A stretch of DNA of 64,000 nt from Octopus bimaculoides (GCF_001194135.2 NC_068989.1:85783111-85847110), one strand, 5' to 3'; positions 1 to 14,051 are shown, counted from the first letter of the stretch. Notes: generated from the sequence alone by a model not told the origin. Numbers and translations are program-made.

Positions 1-511
1 ACAGACAGGGGAGATAACTACAGCAGCACCATCAGCAGCAGCAACAACAACAACAACAGCACACAGAGATCAGAACAAAGACATGAGTCACAGACACACA
101 GACATGTAATTTCTTTCTTAGGCACTAGGCCAATTTTCGTAAGGTGGAGAGGAATACCGAGTCGATTGAATCAACCAACCCCAGTGCAATATTGGTGCTT
201 GTCTTATCGACCCCTGGATTTTTGCTTTAGAATAAATTATGAAAAAAAAAAATCAATAAACAAATATTGCACTTCTCATTCATTCATATATACATTTGTG
301 TTCGCGTGCGCGTAAATTAAACTTGACTGGAATCTACTATAAGTAAATATATATGCATAAAAAGAGGGGGAAATTAGTAAATTTCAAAATATACCTTCAT
401 GTCTTTGGTTATGTTTCTTCATTTTTTTCCCAATATGATCGATAAAATATCTGGCAGATTACAATGATGTTGCTAGGATTTGAACCCACACATGACTATA
501 TATAATCGTTT

Positions 512-549
<38 letters not shown>

Positions 550-2060
550 CGAAACCAATCACCGTAATGGGAGATCAATAACGTTGTCGACTTCGCCGTC
601 AGTAAAGTTACAGCCAACAGAATAATTTAGAAAACAAAATACAGAAACGTGGAGAGAAGAAAGTAAATGAGTGACTGTACACAGAATATATGAATTGGCG
701 TGTGACTGTAAGAGGAGTAACTATTTCCAAAGTGGACTTATTGATTCTAAACGGAGTTGAAATTCAAGGGAGATAACTTTATATATTTTCATTTTATTTA
801 AATATAAAGGTTTATTAAATATGTAGTTTATGTTATTTTTACGGGACAGACAGATAGATTTTATAATGCTCCTGCCTTTTCCGAGATTATTAGTAGCATA
901 ACCGAATCGAAGGCATTGAAACTTCGAATCGGAATCCGAACACAGAATCGATTACTGCCACATCACTGCACGCACCAGAGGATTAAAGTAACGATATTGA
1001 TTTATTGTTGTTTCTGTTGTTGTTCGGCATAGGGCCAAATTTTGCAAGTGATGGAGAGTACATACAGTCAATTGAATCGACCACATTAGATTAATAATAA
1101 TATTTATTTATCGACTACACAGGATTCAAAGGCAGAGCTGACCCCGGCGGGATTTGAATATAGAAGTGCGTGCGTGTGTGCATGCTCACACATGTGTGCC
1201 TGCGTGTGAGTGTGCGTCAGACATCAAAGTGTATAGTGTTATAAACATTTAGACCAGCTTGCCTTTAACACAGCAATAATATCGATCGCTTACACAGACG
1301 GCACAAAACCCCGGATTTATTGAGAGAGAGAGAAATAGGAGAGGGAGTGATAGGGGGAGGTAATGGGAGTGTGTGACGTGTGTCCCTTTCTCAAGGGCAA
1401 TCATGAAGTGGAGTGAAATGGCTTCATATGAGAATGAAAAGTGGGTCGTGGACTCAGTTAACTGGTGTGGGGGAACTTCACTGCTTGCTATTCTCACACT
1501 GCAGTATTGATTCTCTCTTTTCACTTGGCACAATGCCCCCTCTTTGTAAAAGAAGGAGTGGTGGAAAAAATAAGAGTCTTTAGCCGACTGACTCAATATT
1601 ACTAAATAGGTTTCCCTTGAATCTTGGTGGTGCCTGAACACACACACACACACACATACACATTCTTGCAGCATTTTACTGTGAAGTATAATGTGAATAA
1701 TCACACACACACACATTCTTGTAATGGTATGTGTTTTAAGCAATTCAACTATGATGTACAATGTAAATAACAACAAACACACAAACATATACCAACACAC
1801 ATTCTTTCAGTGGTATGTATTTCAAACAATTCAAAGTGTGGTGTGAATAACCACACACACACACACTATGTTATTCTAGACACACAAACTGTCCATATTT
1901 TGCAACATGGTCAAGTTCTTGTAATCCCCATTACCTTCTCCAATAAATGGCTCTATGCAAAATGTCACTCTACTTCATTTCATGCCACACCAACATTATA
2001 ATTCTTGTCTTCATTACAAATCCACATCCTGCTGCTTTAGACCATCACTGAACAATCCTT

Positions 2061-2062
<2 letters not shown>

Positions 2063-2130
<68 letters not shown>
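2063..2130. repeat. (TA)n microsatellite
   Basis: Pure AT dinucleotide run; similar runs at about 23160, 29970, 56768 and 59787. Confidence 0.95.
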
Positions 2131-2134
<4 letters not shown>

Positions 2135-2835
2135 CAATAAGAAAATGGAGGGGATATCTGAAGTTGATGAGTACCACATATTCCCCTCCATTTTCTTATT
2201 GCTATATAAATTAAGGGTAAAATTTCCTTTTACCCGGACCCATTTATTGCACTTGGTAAAAACACTAGTGTAATAGTAATTGGGTATCCTTCCGGCAGTA
2301 TATTGAATAGATATTATCCCTTAGTGGGTTGGATTCACAACCTCTAACTTTCTTGGATTATATATATAGCAATGCTGAATGTTTTACAAAACTGCAAAAT
2401 ATTTGATTCCATAGACTGTAATACACAGAGGAATAAGGATCACAGTTGCAATATCTTTGATCATAGGTCTGCTCAACCAGAATTGACCCTGGGTTAAACA
2501 ACAAGGGAACTTCTATGTGGTTATGCAACCTGCTAGAAATGGCAATCAAATCTCTTTCAAACTTATTCCCTATCATTTTTCAAAAAGATCACCTCTGATA
2601 ATATTGTGTAGAGTCCAATATTTCTGAAATAAAAATGGGATGGGCACGGTTTTAACATCTTTGTTTAGGTTTGCACAGTCAGAACCAACTTGGGGATAAA
2701 CAATAATAGCAAATAAAGAAATGAAGAATTAAAATAAAAATTATTAAAAGAACTCCAGCTTGTTAATAGAAAATATAAATAGGGAACTTATGTTTTTGAA
2801 TCTGGCTGAACTAATGAATATTTCTTCATGTATAG

Positions 2836-3089
2836 CAGTGGTTCTCCACCAAGGATCCATATGAGCCTTGGGGTCCGTATAAGACTGTTGTTCAAAATTT
2901 ATGTGCAATAAATTGGTTGTACTTCTACAATACACAAAATAATTTAACAATTTATTTTATGCAATTCCTAATAATATTTAATCATAAAAATATAACAAGA
3001 TTCTTTAAACATCCAATGGCTGTGAGGGTCCACCTGAATAAAATGGGATTCAAAGGGGTCCATAGGTAAAAACTGGTTGAGAACCACTG
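2836..3089. mobile_element. hAT-type MITE
   Basis: TIRs CAGTGGTTCTC...GAGAACCACTG; 8-bp TSD ATGTATAG/ATGTATAA. Confidence 0.85.
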
Positions 3090-4845
3090 ATGTATAATAT
3101 GGACATAGTTGATAGATCAAGCTTTCATATGTCAACAATGGAACCTCTACTTTGTTGCTTAAACTGCAAGAGATAGCAACTAAATCTCCCTTAAATTTAG
3201 CTTTAAAATTGAAAAACAAAAAGATACATCAAATAATGTAGAGCTCTGTAGTCTCTACATATAAAAAAAGGATGGTTATAACTGAAATGCTGGTGACCAT
3301 AAGTCTGCTTCCATATTCAATCGACACATTTAGTGAGCCAACAAAGAAGTCTTTATGCGACTGCTTGACCTGCTATAAATAACAGTTAAATCTCCTTTAA
3401 GCCATATCAAAGAAAAGCAACTCATGGTTAATGTAGTCTGGGGTACACTTTTGTTGGAAATGGAGTAGATGTGTCAAGGTCAGAACACCTTTGCTCACAG
3501 GTCTATTCAAAGAGGGCCAACAACAGATAAATTCAACTAAAACATTTTCTAAATACATATAAAACAATCGATGGTCCTTCTGGGTTACAGTTACAAATTC
3601 CAACCCTGTTATCTATTAACTTTGTGAAAACAATGATATAATCAAGATAGATTACAGATGGTCTGTATCAACCAAAACTGGACTGGAAGTATGAACTGAA
3701 GACAGACATGTGCCAGGTCACAAAACAATGGCTAATGTTGTATGCAGAGTCCTTTGTCTAACAAAGGAATCTACCTACAACATTAGTCTGCTTCATTAAC
3801 AGAGTTACCTTTTCTGGTTGCTGTAGTTGTTGTTTTTTTTTTAGCCCCAAGCAATTCCAATGGAGCAGACCCATGGAGCATAGGTAGTCAAATGACTTGA
3901 CTATGTGCAATCCACAAAAGCATTACTTTTTCTTATTCAGATGATGTTCCAGATACGAACATTGTGTCTTTTTTTATATTTTTATTTTGACAATGTGTAT
4001 CTGGGAGTACATCATATCTAATGTGTCTTTCTGTTAAGACAAAAGGTGTAATCTGAAGGAAATTTGACTACAAATTCTAGCAAGTAAATTAACTACATAG
4101 AGACTCACACCTTTTCTAGTGTTTGTGACAGTAGTAGTAGAAGTAGTAGTAGTATACACCTTGAAATTCTGGATAAGCTCTGGCCACATCAGCCAGTAGG
4201 CTTGAAGCAGAGTTTTTTTTTTTACCATTAATAGGAAGAGTATGTGGGGTAGCAAGATTTTGTGTTACTTTAATCTTAAATTGACTGATCAAATGCTAAA
4301 GAGATTTTTCTGCAAACAAAACCAAAGATCAACTTTTGAATTTCTGCATTTTGAGATTAGAGGACAAAAGAAGAGAAGTAAACATTGCTAGAAATAACTT
4401 ACAATTACTGATACTCCTCTCATAGTAGTGGTCATATACTTCACCCATGCCATCATGATGATAATAATAATGATGGTGGTGGTGGTAGTAGTGATGATGA
4501 TGATGATGACGATAATGACAACAACGACATAGTAAAAACTCAATCGTAAAGTCAAGCAGTCCTCTTCAAAGTCAGAATATACCTCAGTTCCAAACAGTTG
4601 TTGACTCTCTTACAAAGCTTATATTGGACTTTTATTGGAGTGCTGTTCCTACACCTAAGATAGTGCAGTGTGAACATATATGAAAGACTAAAACCATGTC
4701 CTATAGGAAGCCATCAACTTGTCATTCATCAACACACTTTAAATTCTAGCCCAAAGATGGGTTGTTTCCTCATGACTTTGCCTCTTCTAATAATACAATA
4801 ATGAACTTATTATATAAGATAATAGAATGAACTTATTGTATACAG

Positions 4846-5230
4846 TGGAAGCGTAATGGCCCAGTGGTTAGGGCAGCGGACTCGTGGTCATAGGATCGCA
4901 GTTTCGATTCCCAGACCGGGTGTTGTGAGTGTTTATTGAGCGAAAACACCTAAAGCTCCACATGGCTCCGGCAGGGGATGGTGGCGAACCCTGCTGTACT
5001 CTTTCACCATAACTTTCTCTCACTCTTACTTCCTGTTTCTGTTGTGCCTGTAATTCAAAGGGTCAGCCTTGTCACATTGTGTCACGCTGAATCTCCCCAA
5101 GAACTACGTTAAGGGCACACGTGTCTGTGGAGTGCTCAGCCACTTGCAAGTTAATTTCACAAGCAGGCTGTTCCATTGATTGAATCAACTGGAACCCTCG
5201 ACGTCGTAAGCGACGGAGTGTCAACAACAT
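4846..5230 (+). mobile_element. tRNA-derived SINE
   Basis: A box TGGCCCAGTGG, B box GTTTCGATTCC, (CAA)-type tail, approximate TSD ttgtata(c)agtg. Confidence 0.8.
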
Positions 5231-6057
5231 TGTATAGTGTTCAGGTGCACTACAACGCATCAGAATAAATATCCCAAAGTGCTAACAACTGTTGCGAAAC
5301 TGTTTAGGACTGTAATATTTTAATAGTGGTGGGTTGCTTTTACAATATTTGGTTACATCTCTTTCCTGAGTTCAATTCCCTCCAAGCCCAACTGTGCTTT
5401 TTTATCCTTCTGGAGCTGTAAAACTGTTCAATACGAATATCTGGGGGTCAATATAATAAGCTATTCTTCCTCTGAGCCTGTGTCATAAATCAATATTTTA
5501 TGACCCTTAAAAAAGAAAACCAACCATGTTTAAGATTGCATCAATAAATCTGTAAAACACAACTACTTTAAATATACAGCTGTGAATATGAGATATTTGA
5601 TGTTTCACCCATTTCCACTGCTTGGAGACATATTAAGATCATCTTACACACACACACACATACATACATATAGGAAGACAGAAAGTATTTTTTAAGTGGA
5701 CTTACAATTTAGTTAGATAAGTACAATTCATAAAACTCTGGGTCCTTGAGTCACTTATGTAACTTCACATCTGAGTGTGCTTGTATGCTTGTGTGTATGT
5801 GTGTGTAGGGCTGATTGTCAACATCATCATGACTTAATGTCCACTTCTGCATGCTTGTATGGATCGAACAAAATTTGTTGAGGCAGATTTTCTACGGCCA
5901 TATGATCTTCCAGTCCCCTACCTTCATCTGTTTCTAAACAATGTAATTTTCCCCAGTTTTTCAAACACAAGCAAAAAAATTGGCTGGTTATATCAACATG
6001 GAAGATTGTAAACAAACGACCCAGTTTGCATGGCAGTGGTACTTCTTTACAATTAGT

Positions 6058-6541
6058 GCAGGAGTGGCTGTTTGGTAAGTAGCTTGCTTACGAATCTCAT
6101 GGTTCTGGTTTCAGTTCCACTGCATGGCACCTTGGGCAAGTGTCTTCCACTATAGCCTCGGGCCCACCAAAGCCTCGTGAGTGGATTTGATAGATGGAAA
6201 CTGAAAGAAGCCCATCATACATATGTGTGTGTGTGTGTGTCTGTATTTGTCCCCCAACATCGCTTGACAACCGATGGTGGTGTGTTTACGTCCCCATAAC
6301 TTAGCGGTTCGGCAAAAGAAACCAATAGAATAGGTACTAGGCTTACAAAGAATAAATCCTGGGGTCGATTTACTCGACTAAAGGTGGTGCCNNNNNNNNN
6401 NCCCATAACTTAGCGGTTCGGCAAAAGAGACCAATAGAATAGGTACTAGGCTTACAAAGAATAAATCCTGGGGTCGATTTACTCGACTAAAGGTGGTGCC
6501 CCAGCATGGCCGCAGTCAAATGACTGAAACAAGTGAAAGAG
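6058..6541 (+). mobile_element. Octopus-type SINE, family A (contains a gap-duplication artefact)
   Basis: Head caggagtggctg..ggtaagtagcttgc, internal (GT)n, tail gactgaaacaagt. Confidence 0.85.
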
Positions 6542-7799
6542 TAATCTCAAGACAAGGAGACACACAAACGCATATCCCCAATCATCCAGTCCCTTGTCAT
6601 CTCCTCCAAAGGTTCAAGGTCCTGAGATCAGTCTTCACCACTTTGTCCCATGTTTTCCTGAGTTGCCTTCTTCCACAGGCTCCACTCACATGATGTGATT
6701 AGCACTTACTTACATAGCTATCCTCACCCATATACATGACATATTCATGCCAAAGTAGTTTTCTTTCTTGCACAACACATCTGATTCTCCTTATGCCCAG
6801 GTTTTTCTCTCAGTACATTTGTACTATGTTGTTCATAAGCACTTACACTACATGTCCCATGAAGTATGCTTGTCTCATTTCTTTCCTGTTTTGTCAAGCC
6901 CTCTACATTCAAGGCCAAGTCTTACTACCATGCAGCATTGCTGTTCTAACACAAGAGTCATACAAACAGTCATTCCTCTTATACCCAGTTTTTCTCTCAG
7001 CACATTTGCACTATGTCATTCCTGCACACATTGCACACCCAATGGAGCATGCTCACTGTATTTCTTTCTAGTTTTCTCAAGTCCAAGTTGACCTCTATAT
7101 TCCTGGCCCATGTCTCATAAACATGCAACATCGCAGTTCTAGCACAAGCATCATAGAATCTCTCTCCTTTACTCAGCAGGAAAAATCTTTTGTCACCAGG
7201 AGCAATAGAAACTCACTTAATGTTTTCCAGCTTGTTCTTAACCTGGCTACTATACTTTCAGAGCACTCACCTCCCTGCTAATTACATCTAAATAATGAAA
7301 GCTATTGACTACTTCTACTGAGCGATTCAGGTATTTAAGAATTTCTATTTTGGTGTGTTCAGTGGACATCCAGCTCCAATGCATCTATCATATATGAAGC
7401 TTGCTTTCTCTGATAGTTTACTTCTGATTCCATTGCATCTCTTGTGTGACTATAGATTACATAGGTTGCAGCATATGGGGTTCATAACTACTCCTTTTCT
7501 ACGTATTGAGTAAGGAAATTTCGCTGAAGGTACCATTTTTTTTTTCTGCTTTCCCCAAATGAACAATACAAGGTGCATCCAGAGATTTTGAGACTTTTTT
7601 TTTTAGAAGAGGTAATCATAATTGTTCTAGATTACTCTAATCATAGTATAGCAATACTATACATTTAATAATCTGATCAACCAATTTTTTTTTTTTTTTC
7701 CAGATTGAAGGAGACGACTGTAACAGCACTTTAAACATACTATTAAACACTGCTTGTCACTGCTGATAGGTTTGCAGAATGAAGTCAGAATGTGAAGGC

Positions 7800-8620
7800 A
7801 ATTTGGAATCTTGTTATGCAATAAATTTTGTGATAAACAGGGTAAAAAAAATGCCACAGAAACTTATGAAATGATCCAGACTGGTCATGCATTGACTTGT
7901 ATAAGCTAAGCATCTGTTTTTTCTACTGGCACAAGTGATTTAAAGACAGCAGAGAAGAGGCAGGAGACAATGAGAGGTGTGGGAGGGAGTGAGGCATCAG
8001 AACCTCAGAGCTGGTTGATATTATTTAGTTCTCTCGATGAAGACTGTCTATCAAAACAAGAAGCATAAAGTCTGATGTGGCGACTCTACACAGATTTATT
8101 CATGAAAATCTGAACATGCACAAAATTTGTGCAACGTTTGTTCCCAGGGCACTCAGTAACAAACAGAAGAAAGATGCATTGGTGAGAACTAGGAGATAGT
8201 TGAGTCCATTACCTCCAAACCAAGAGTACTTAAGCATCTGGTGACTGTGACAAGAGTTAGATAAACTGTTATGATCCAGAGACCAAGAGACAACGTGCCC
8301 AATGGAAGCATCCTGGCTCCCATCCACAATTCTATTCTGGTAACCAACTATTTGACAGATATGGGCATCAAAACTGTTCCTCACCCTTCCTACAGTCCAA
8401 ACTACGCTCCCTGTGACTTAAGGTTATTCTTCCCCAAACTGAAAGGGAACCTCATGAGCAGCCATTTTGAAAACATTGAGAAGATGAAGGCAGCTGTGAC
8501 AAAGGTCCTGGACACCTTCACTTTGGAGGACTTTCCTGGGGCCTTCACAAAGTTGCTGGAGCACTACAAGTGCATTGAAGTCAGAGGATAGTACTTTGAA
8601 GGAGATTAGTGTTTTTGCAC
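7800..8620 (+). mobile_element. Degraded, internally deleted mariner
   Basis: N-terminal relic YAIKFC...GKNATETYEMIQT near 7820-7885; C-terminal relic PIHNSILVTNYLTDMGIKTVPHPSYSPNYAPCD...KCIEVRG at 8271-8591. Confidence 0.8.
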
Positions 8621-10389
8621 TTCTTTGAAATTAATAAATGTCTCTCCTGAAAAAAAAATAGTCTCAGAGCTTCAGGAGTGCACAATATAGCAGTTTATTT
8701 TCAGCCAAGTATTTCTCTTACAGTTGCCTTGCTGGGAAGATTGCATTTGTGTTGCCTCTTCCTGGCACAAAGCCAAAAGGCATCTCATCTAGGTCTACTC
8801 TATCTTAGATCAATTCAGACCTTCAGAAGCTGGTTTGATTCCTCTTTAGCTGCTGTGCTCTTAGGTATCTCCTTTGCCTTTGTAGCAGTTTACACTGATA
8901 CATACACACACACACACATACAGAAGGGGGTGGATGGGTAGAATTATTATAGTCTCTGTCTGGGTTCAAATCCCACTAGGGTAAACTATGCTTTTTATCC
9001 CTCCGAGTTTGATAAAATAAAGTACCTATCAAGTACTAGCATTGATTAATCAACTACATCCTCTGCCAAACTTTGTGTAATGTTTCAATATGAGAAATCA
9101 ATATATATTACATTATAGTTGTAGTTGAGAATTTAAACATTACATCTACAAGATCTGAGAAGCAAATAACAACACGAACAAACAGAAGTATGAAATAATT
9201 AATTTCCACTTTAAAGAAATAATACGCAAAATATAACATCAATAAAAGTTTGGTTGTACATAAACGTCTTGTAGAGAAATATGTTTATCATGCTTGTACA
9301 AGTAAATTGGATAATTCATGAGTTATGTAAATAGTATCATTAATATATGTGACCAGTTGGAAAGAGATAATGCTGTTCAGTGTTTTGTTCAGTTAAAATG
9401 TACTTCCTACTGATATAACTGAAAGAGAGTAGAAATACCATGGTGCTTCTTTTCAGAGCGAGCAAATTGCATTATTGAAGTAAAATAAAAAAAACCTACA
9501 AGAAAAAAACTTGTGCAAGGATGTCTGATGCTGATGAAAGAGCTAAGAATGTGAGACAGGTTTGCATTTTGTTCATATAACCAAAATGACCGATAGTATA
9601 ATGGTTTCTCATTGGTCCAAATAAAACTGGTGGAAAACATAGAGAAAGATCAAAAGCTTCACCTAATTGAATGAGATTGCTACAATGGTGAAATGTTCTT
9701 TTTCCTAGAACAATGGACCTGATTAAATCAGCTACCCTCATGGGGCTCCTGTCAACTCTTTTAATACTCATAAATAGTTATATCTAACTTCAGTGCAATA
9801 CCATAAATTTGGGGATGGGGGCAAAGATCCTAAATTTTACTAGTCCTTAAATAATGAGAAGCAAAGTCAATCTCTTGGGATTTGAACAAAGAATGCAAAG
9901 AAATGTCATTAAATAGTGCAAACCGTTTTGCCTGACACTACTGATTCTGCCAATCACCTTTTTATTTTTATAAGAGTCCAGATAGAACAGACAGTACTCA
10001 TGACCCTTGCAGACCCTCTAAGACTGGTGAGATTCATGCAGTTGAACATCATCAAGTAATATCTACAAAAAGGGAAGCAGGTGTGTGGGCAAATGCTTGC
10101 AACAGAGTGAAGTCTGCTAAAGACACTCAAGGGTCCAATATCATTTAGCTGCAGGTCAGATCTAATCAAGCTGATCTCTATGATTGATAAAAACGAATCT
10201 CGCCTTCTCATCTTGCTTTTTATTTATTTTTTCAAACAACATGTATCTAAAAAATCCTTTGTTTTTTTGTTGACAGTAAATTATGATTTAAGAGATTTGG
10301 CTGCTATTTCTAGAAAGTCAAATGACCACATAAAGGATTCTCCATTAGTTATTACTGTTGTTTGGCCCCAAGTGCATCTACCCATTGAC

Positions 10390-11080
10390 TTTGTTTCCTC
10401 ATAACTTCCAGAGAAATGGATATGTTTTAATGAAATTTCCTACAAATACGTTTCAGATGATGAAGACTCCAATCATATCGGAATTTGTGGCGAAAAAATA
10501 TTTCCGATGTGGGGAGAGGAGTTTCGGAAAATTCACAAGAGTTGGCTTTGTTTCTTCATAACTTTCTATAAATGAGTATTTTTAAATGACTTTGTACAAA
10601 TACTTTTTAGATGGTGTAGACGACGATTATATTGAAATTTAACATGGACTGAAGACCCCCCCCCTCAAAAAAAAAAACTGGTGGGTTCGCACACATACAT
10701 ACTCGCACACGTCATTTGAAACTTGAAATTACGGGAAAAAATCGATGTGCATCAGTATGTATGTGTGCGTGCTCATCACTTTTCTTTTCTTCTTCTTATT
10801 TTTTTTACATTAAATTCCGATATATTCGTAATCTATACACTCTGAAAGGTATTTGTAGAAAATTTCATTAAAAAAATACCCATTTTCTGAAAGTTATAAG
10901 GAAACACAACAGACTCGTTTGAATTTTCCGAAACTTCTCTCCTCACCACTCGGAAAATTTTTTTTTTCACAACAAATTCCAAGATAAACGGAATGTACAC
11001 CAACTGAAGCGTATTTGGAAAAAGTTTTATTGATAGATACCTATTTTTATGGAAGTTACTTTGTGTAAGTATGCCTTTTA
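10390..11080. mobile_element. Element with long imperfect inverted arms built from subrepeats; related copy at about 62870-63310
   Basis: ggaatttg..gaaaaaa..gagtttcggaaaattca..tcataacttt occurs forward at about 10480-10600 and reversed at about 10850-10990; the same motifs recur at 62870-63310. Confidence 0.55.
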
Positions 11081-11879
11081 AATATAAGAGAATAAGTAAA
11101 AAAGATGAAAATTGAACGAGAACAGAATAGGTGTTGAAAAGCCGGCGAAATTTCAGAAAAACGATTCACATGCCACGAGGAGAAAGGTACTTTTTGCTTT
11201 TATTTTTAAGTAGCGAGTATTACAGGCAACAGTAATTATGATTAAATTTTTTTTTCCAAAAATTTTAATTACTTATATATTTTCTCCTCCGTCGATAATC
11301 TCTTCCTACCCTTGAAATATGGGACATCTATTTTTAACGCCACTTAAATACCCTTGGTTACCCAGGTAAATAAACACAGAATGTGTTGTGTACGCCCACC
11401 ACCACAGCTATACGGCACACCCACACAAAACATTTCCAGTGTTTTCTAACACGCGCAAAACATGGAAATACTTTTTGAAAATATCTAAAAGTATGTTATG
11501 GTTTTCACAAAATGGAGAACTTTCAACAAATGAAACATTAAGAAGGCAGAAGAGAACTTCACATTTGAATGCCTGGAAGGCGGATACTATGTATAGTGAA
11601 AAAATAGCAAATGTTTGTCAACAAGAATGTAAACAAAACAACGAAATACTTACAGAGAGAACATAAACGAAGGTTTATATGAGCTCAAGACGTGTGAACA
11701 GATAAAGTAGTCTTAATTTTAATTCAGCTGACAATATAAGATGATTATGTAGTTTTTTTTGCAGTATTATTTAATGAAGTTCCCTTGGGGTCTCAGTTAA
11801 TAATATCCTAAAATAAGGTCCGACGTGTTTTTAACTTCAGCAAACAGAGTAGAGGACAGATAAGGGAGATAACTACAAG

Positions 11880-12480
11880 GTACTGCGTGGACAACACTAA
11901 TTTTATCATCACTGCCAACGTCTGCATCAAAATCTCCTTGTAGGACAAATGGCTAGGTCTTAACTACATCTAAAACTGCAGTAACTTCGTCAAGGAAGGA
12001 TTTGTATTTTGGTGTATATATCTGCAACAACCACAGCGGGCCTTCTTTCAACTTAAGTTGAAATCCACTCCATAACACAATCCGACAGCCGAGTGCTTGT
12101 GCTTAGCTATGCAGACATAGTTGGTACCACACCTGCATAGTGGAGTTCGCAACCTCCATCAAAATCTGCGGTACTTGAAACCGCTGAACCTTTTAGAGGA
12201 GACACTGACTATATCTAACCAGTAGCGTTTGGCTTTCTGCATTAGTTCCCGTTCTTTACCCGTAAGAGTTGTGACATTCCAAATCTCAATCACTAACAGT
12301 TGTTCCTTCCTGAACTCACTTTGTGGGGCTGGGACACGCATTCTTTGTGTTCCCACTCCACGCCTCCCAGAATAAGTTGCGGACTTATTGTTGGTTGTAC
12401 TGGCATTGGGAGAAGACTGCAATACATTTTTCGAACTGACCTCTGTAGCTAAGGTCCGAATTCAACCCTCGCTAATCTGT
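11880..12480 (-). mobile_element. RTE-clade LINE 5' fragment (APE endonuclease relic)
   Basis: WNVTTLTGKERELMQKAKRYWLDIV, and a GDFDADVG-like motif at about 11905-11935. Confidence 0.75.
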
Positions 12481-12699
12481 GCGTCGGACGATGCTGTATG
12501 GTTATTCTTTCGAACCCTTTTCATATTGCAGCTTTTCGAGGTCTTACTCACTCCAGGCACCAAACTGGTATTTCTGTTGGACCTGCTGCTGAGTTCTGTA
12601 AAACAAGAATGAGAATTAGTAATGCAAAGATCGAGACATTGGTCCTAAGAAAGTCTCCCCAGTACGCTCTGCATATTAATAGATCACTGAAGCAATTGC

Positions 12700-13330
12700 T
12701 TAAGTGAAGAGATTTAAGTATTATAGAACCGTGTTCACGAGTGATTGGAAGCAGGATATTGAATTAGATGCAGGTGCTAGCACAATAACGCACCAGCTTC
12801 AGAATTCAATCAATAGAAGGAGAGAGATTGATAAAAAAAAAATTTTTTTAAACCAACTCGCTATCTTCGATTTGGTTTTCGTAGCTAACCTCACCTACGG
12901 TTATAAATGTTTGGTAATGACTGAAAGAGTACGATCGCGAATACAGGTGGCAGAAATGGGATTCCTCTAAATAATCTCTGAGAAACGTTATTCAACAAGG
13001 TACGAAGTTTGGCAGTCAATGAGTCTCTCCAGATGGTGTCGCTATTTCTCCGCATTGAGAGGCCACAGCTCCGGTACTAAGAACGTATGATTAGAATGTT
13101 GCAAGACAGATTCTTCAAGCAGATCCAAATAGTGCGAGACCTAGGGACAGACCAAGAACGAGACGGTTGGATAACATCCATAGTCTCAGTTGGTCGCGCT
13201 TGGAAATCCAACTGGAAAGTTTAATGACAGTTGCATCTGATAGGACCCGACGGAAGAGGTGCATAAGGTTTCTACCCTCACAGGAATAGTGGGTGGAGAA
13301 AATGGGTGGGTGGCTGGATGCTGTCAAAGC
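12700..13330 (+). mobile_element. RTE-clade LINE 3' fragment (RT C-terminus)
   Basis: VKRFKYY..VFTSD...LTYG...VMTERVRSRIQVAEMGFL, continuing in broken frames. Confidence 0.8.
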
Positions 13331-14051
13331 TATCAACTTTCCACCAAAGCTATCAGTTATTTGGCAGCATCATGTGTCAAGAAGCGCAATGCTAATCTAT
13401 GTATACTATGGTTGTGTAGGTAGAGGTCACAGTGCATTGCTTTGCCCGGGGCCTATAATACTGTTAAGACGGCTCTGACAGGAAGTCTGCAAAAACAGTA
13501 CAGAAACTTTTGAGCTGTGTTCAGAATTTTAAAAGGCGGCAGCGTATCATTACTCAGTTTCGTGTATCTTTCAAAACAGAGGTGAACTTGAGAAAAATGA
13601 GCTTATTAGTAAAATCGGTATCTTGAAAAGTTTCCAAAGCTTGGGATCCGAAGAAAAATTCATATATATAAAGATATTTGGTAGTGAAAAGGTTGGAAAC
13701 CGCTGCTCTTTGTGAAAGCTCTACCAGCTACTAATAGCAGCCAAATATTCCCTTAAAAAAAAAGGACATTGTATAAAGTTGTCCTAGATACACTGTATAT
13801 GCAAGTAAGACGGTATAGTCACGGCTGGAATGCCTTTGAGCATAGCTCTGCTTGACTGGGGCTAAACAGCAATAACTCTCCTTCATCAATGTTGATAAAT
13901 GGCAGAAGACTTAAAACCTTGGACAAAATACTGTGTAGCATTTAGATCAGTGTTTCACAAGCTATTTTCCTCCCAGGCTCCACTAAAACTTTCCAGAAAA
14001 ATCTATGCCCCACAGGTAATTGGAAATTTTTTTTATTTTTAATATTTTACC

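Noticed and set aside
1249-1800. 183-aa ORF
   Set aside because: Runs through (GT)n and (GA)n repeats; no domain or splice support.
4846-4920. tRNA gene
   Set aside because: A and B boxes are present but the sequence continues into a SINE body and tail, with no complete cloverleaf.
6293-6500. About 99-bp tandem duplication inside a SINE
   Set aside because: The two copies straddle a 10-N gap, typical of an unmerged contig overlap.
9496-10211. Minus-strand ORFs 9496-9771 and 9954-10211 as exons
   Set aside because: I found no convincing donor/acceptor pair in phase and no recognisable domain.
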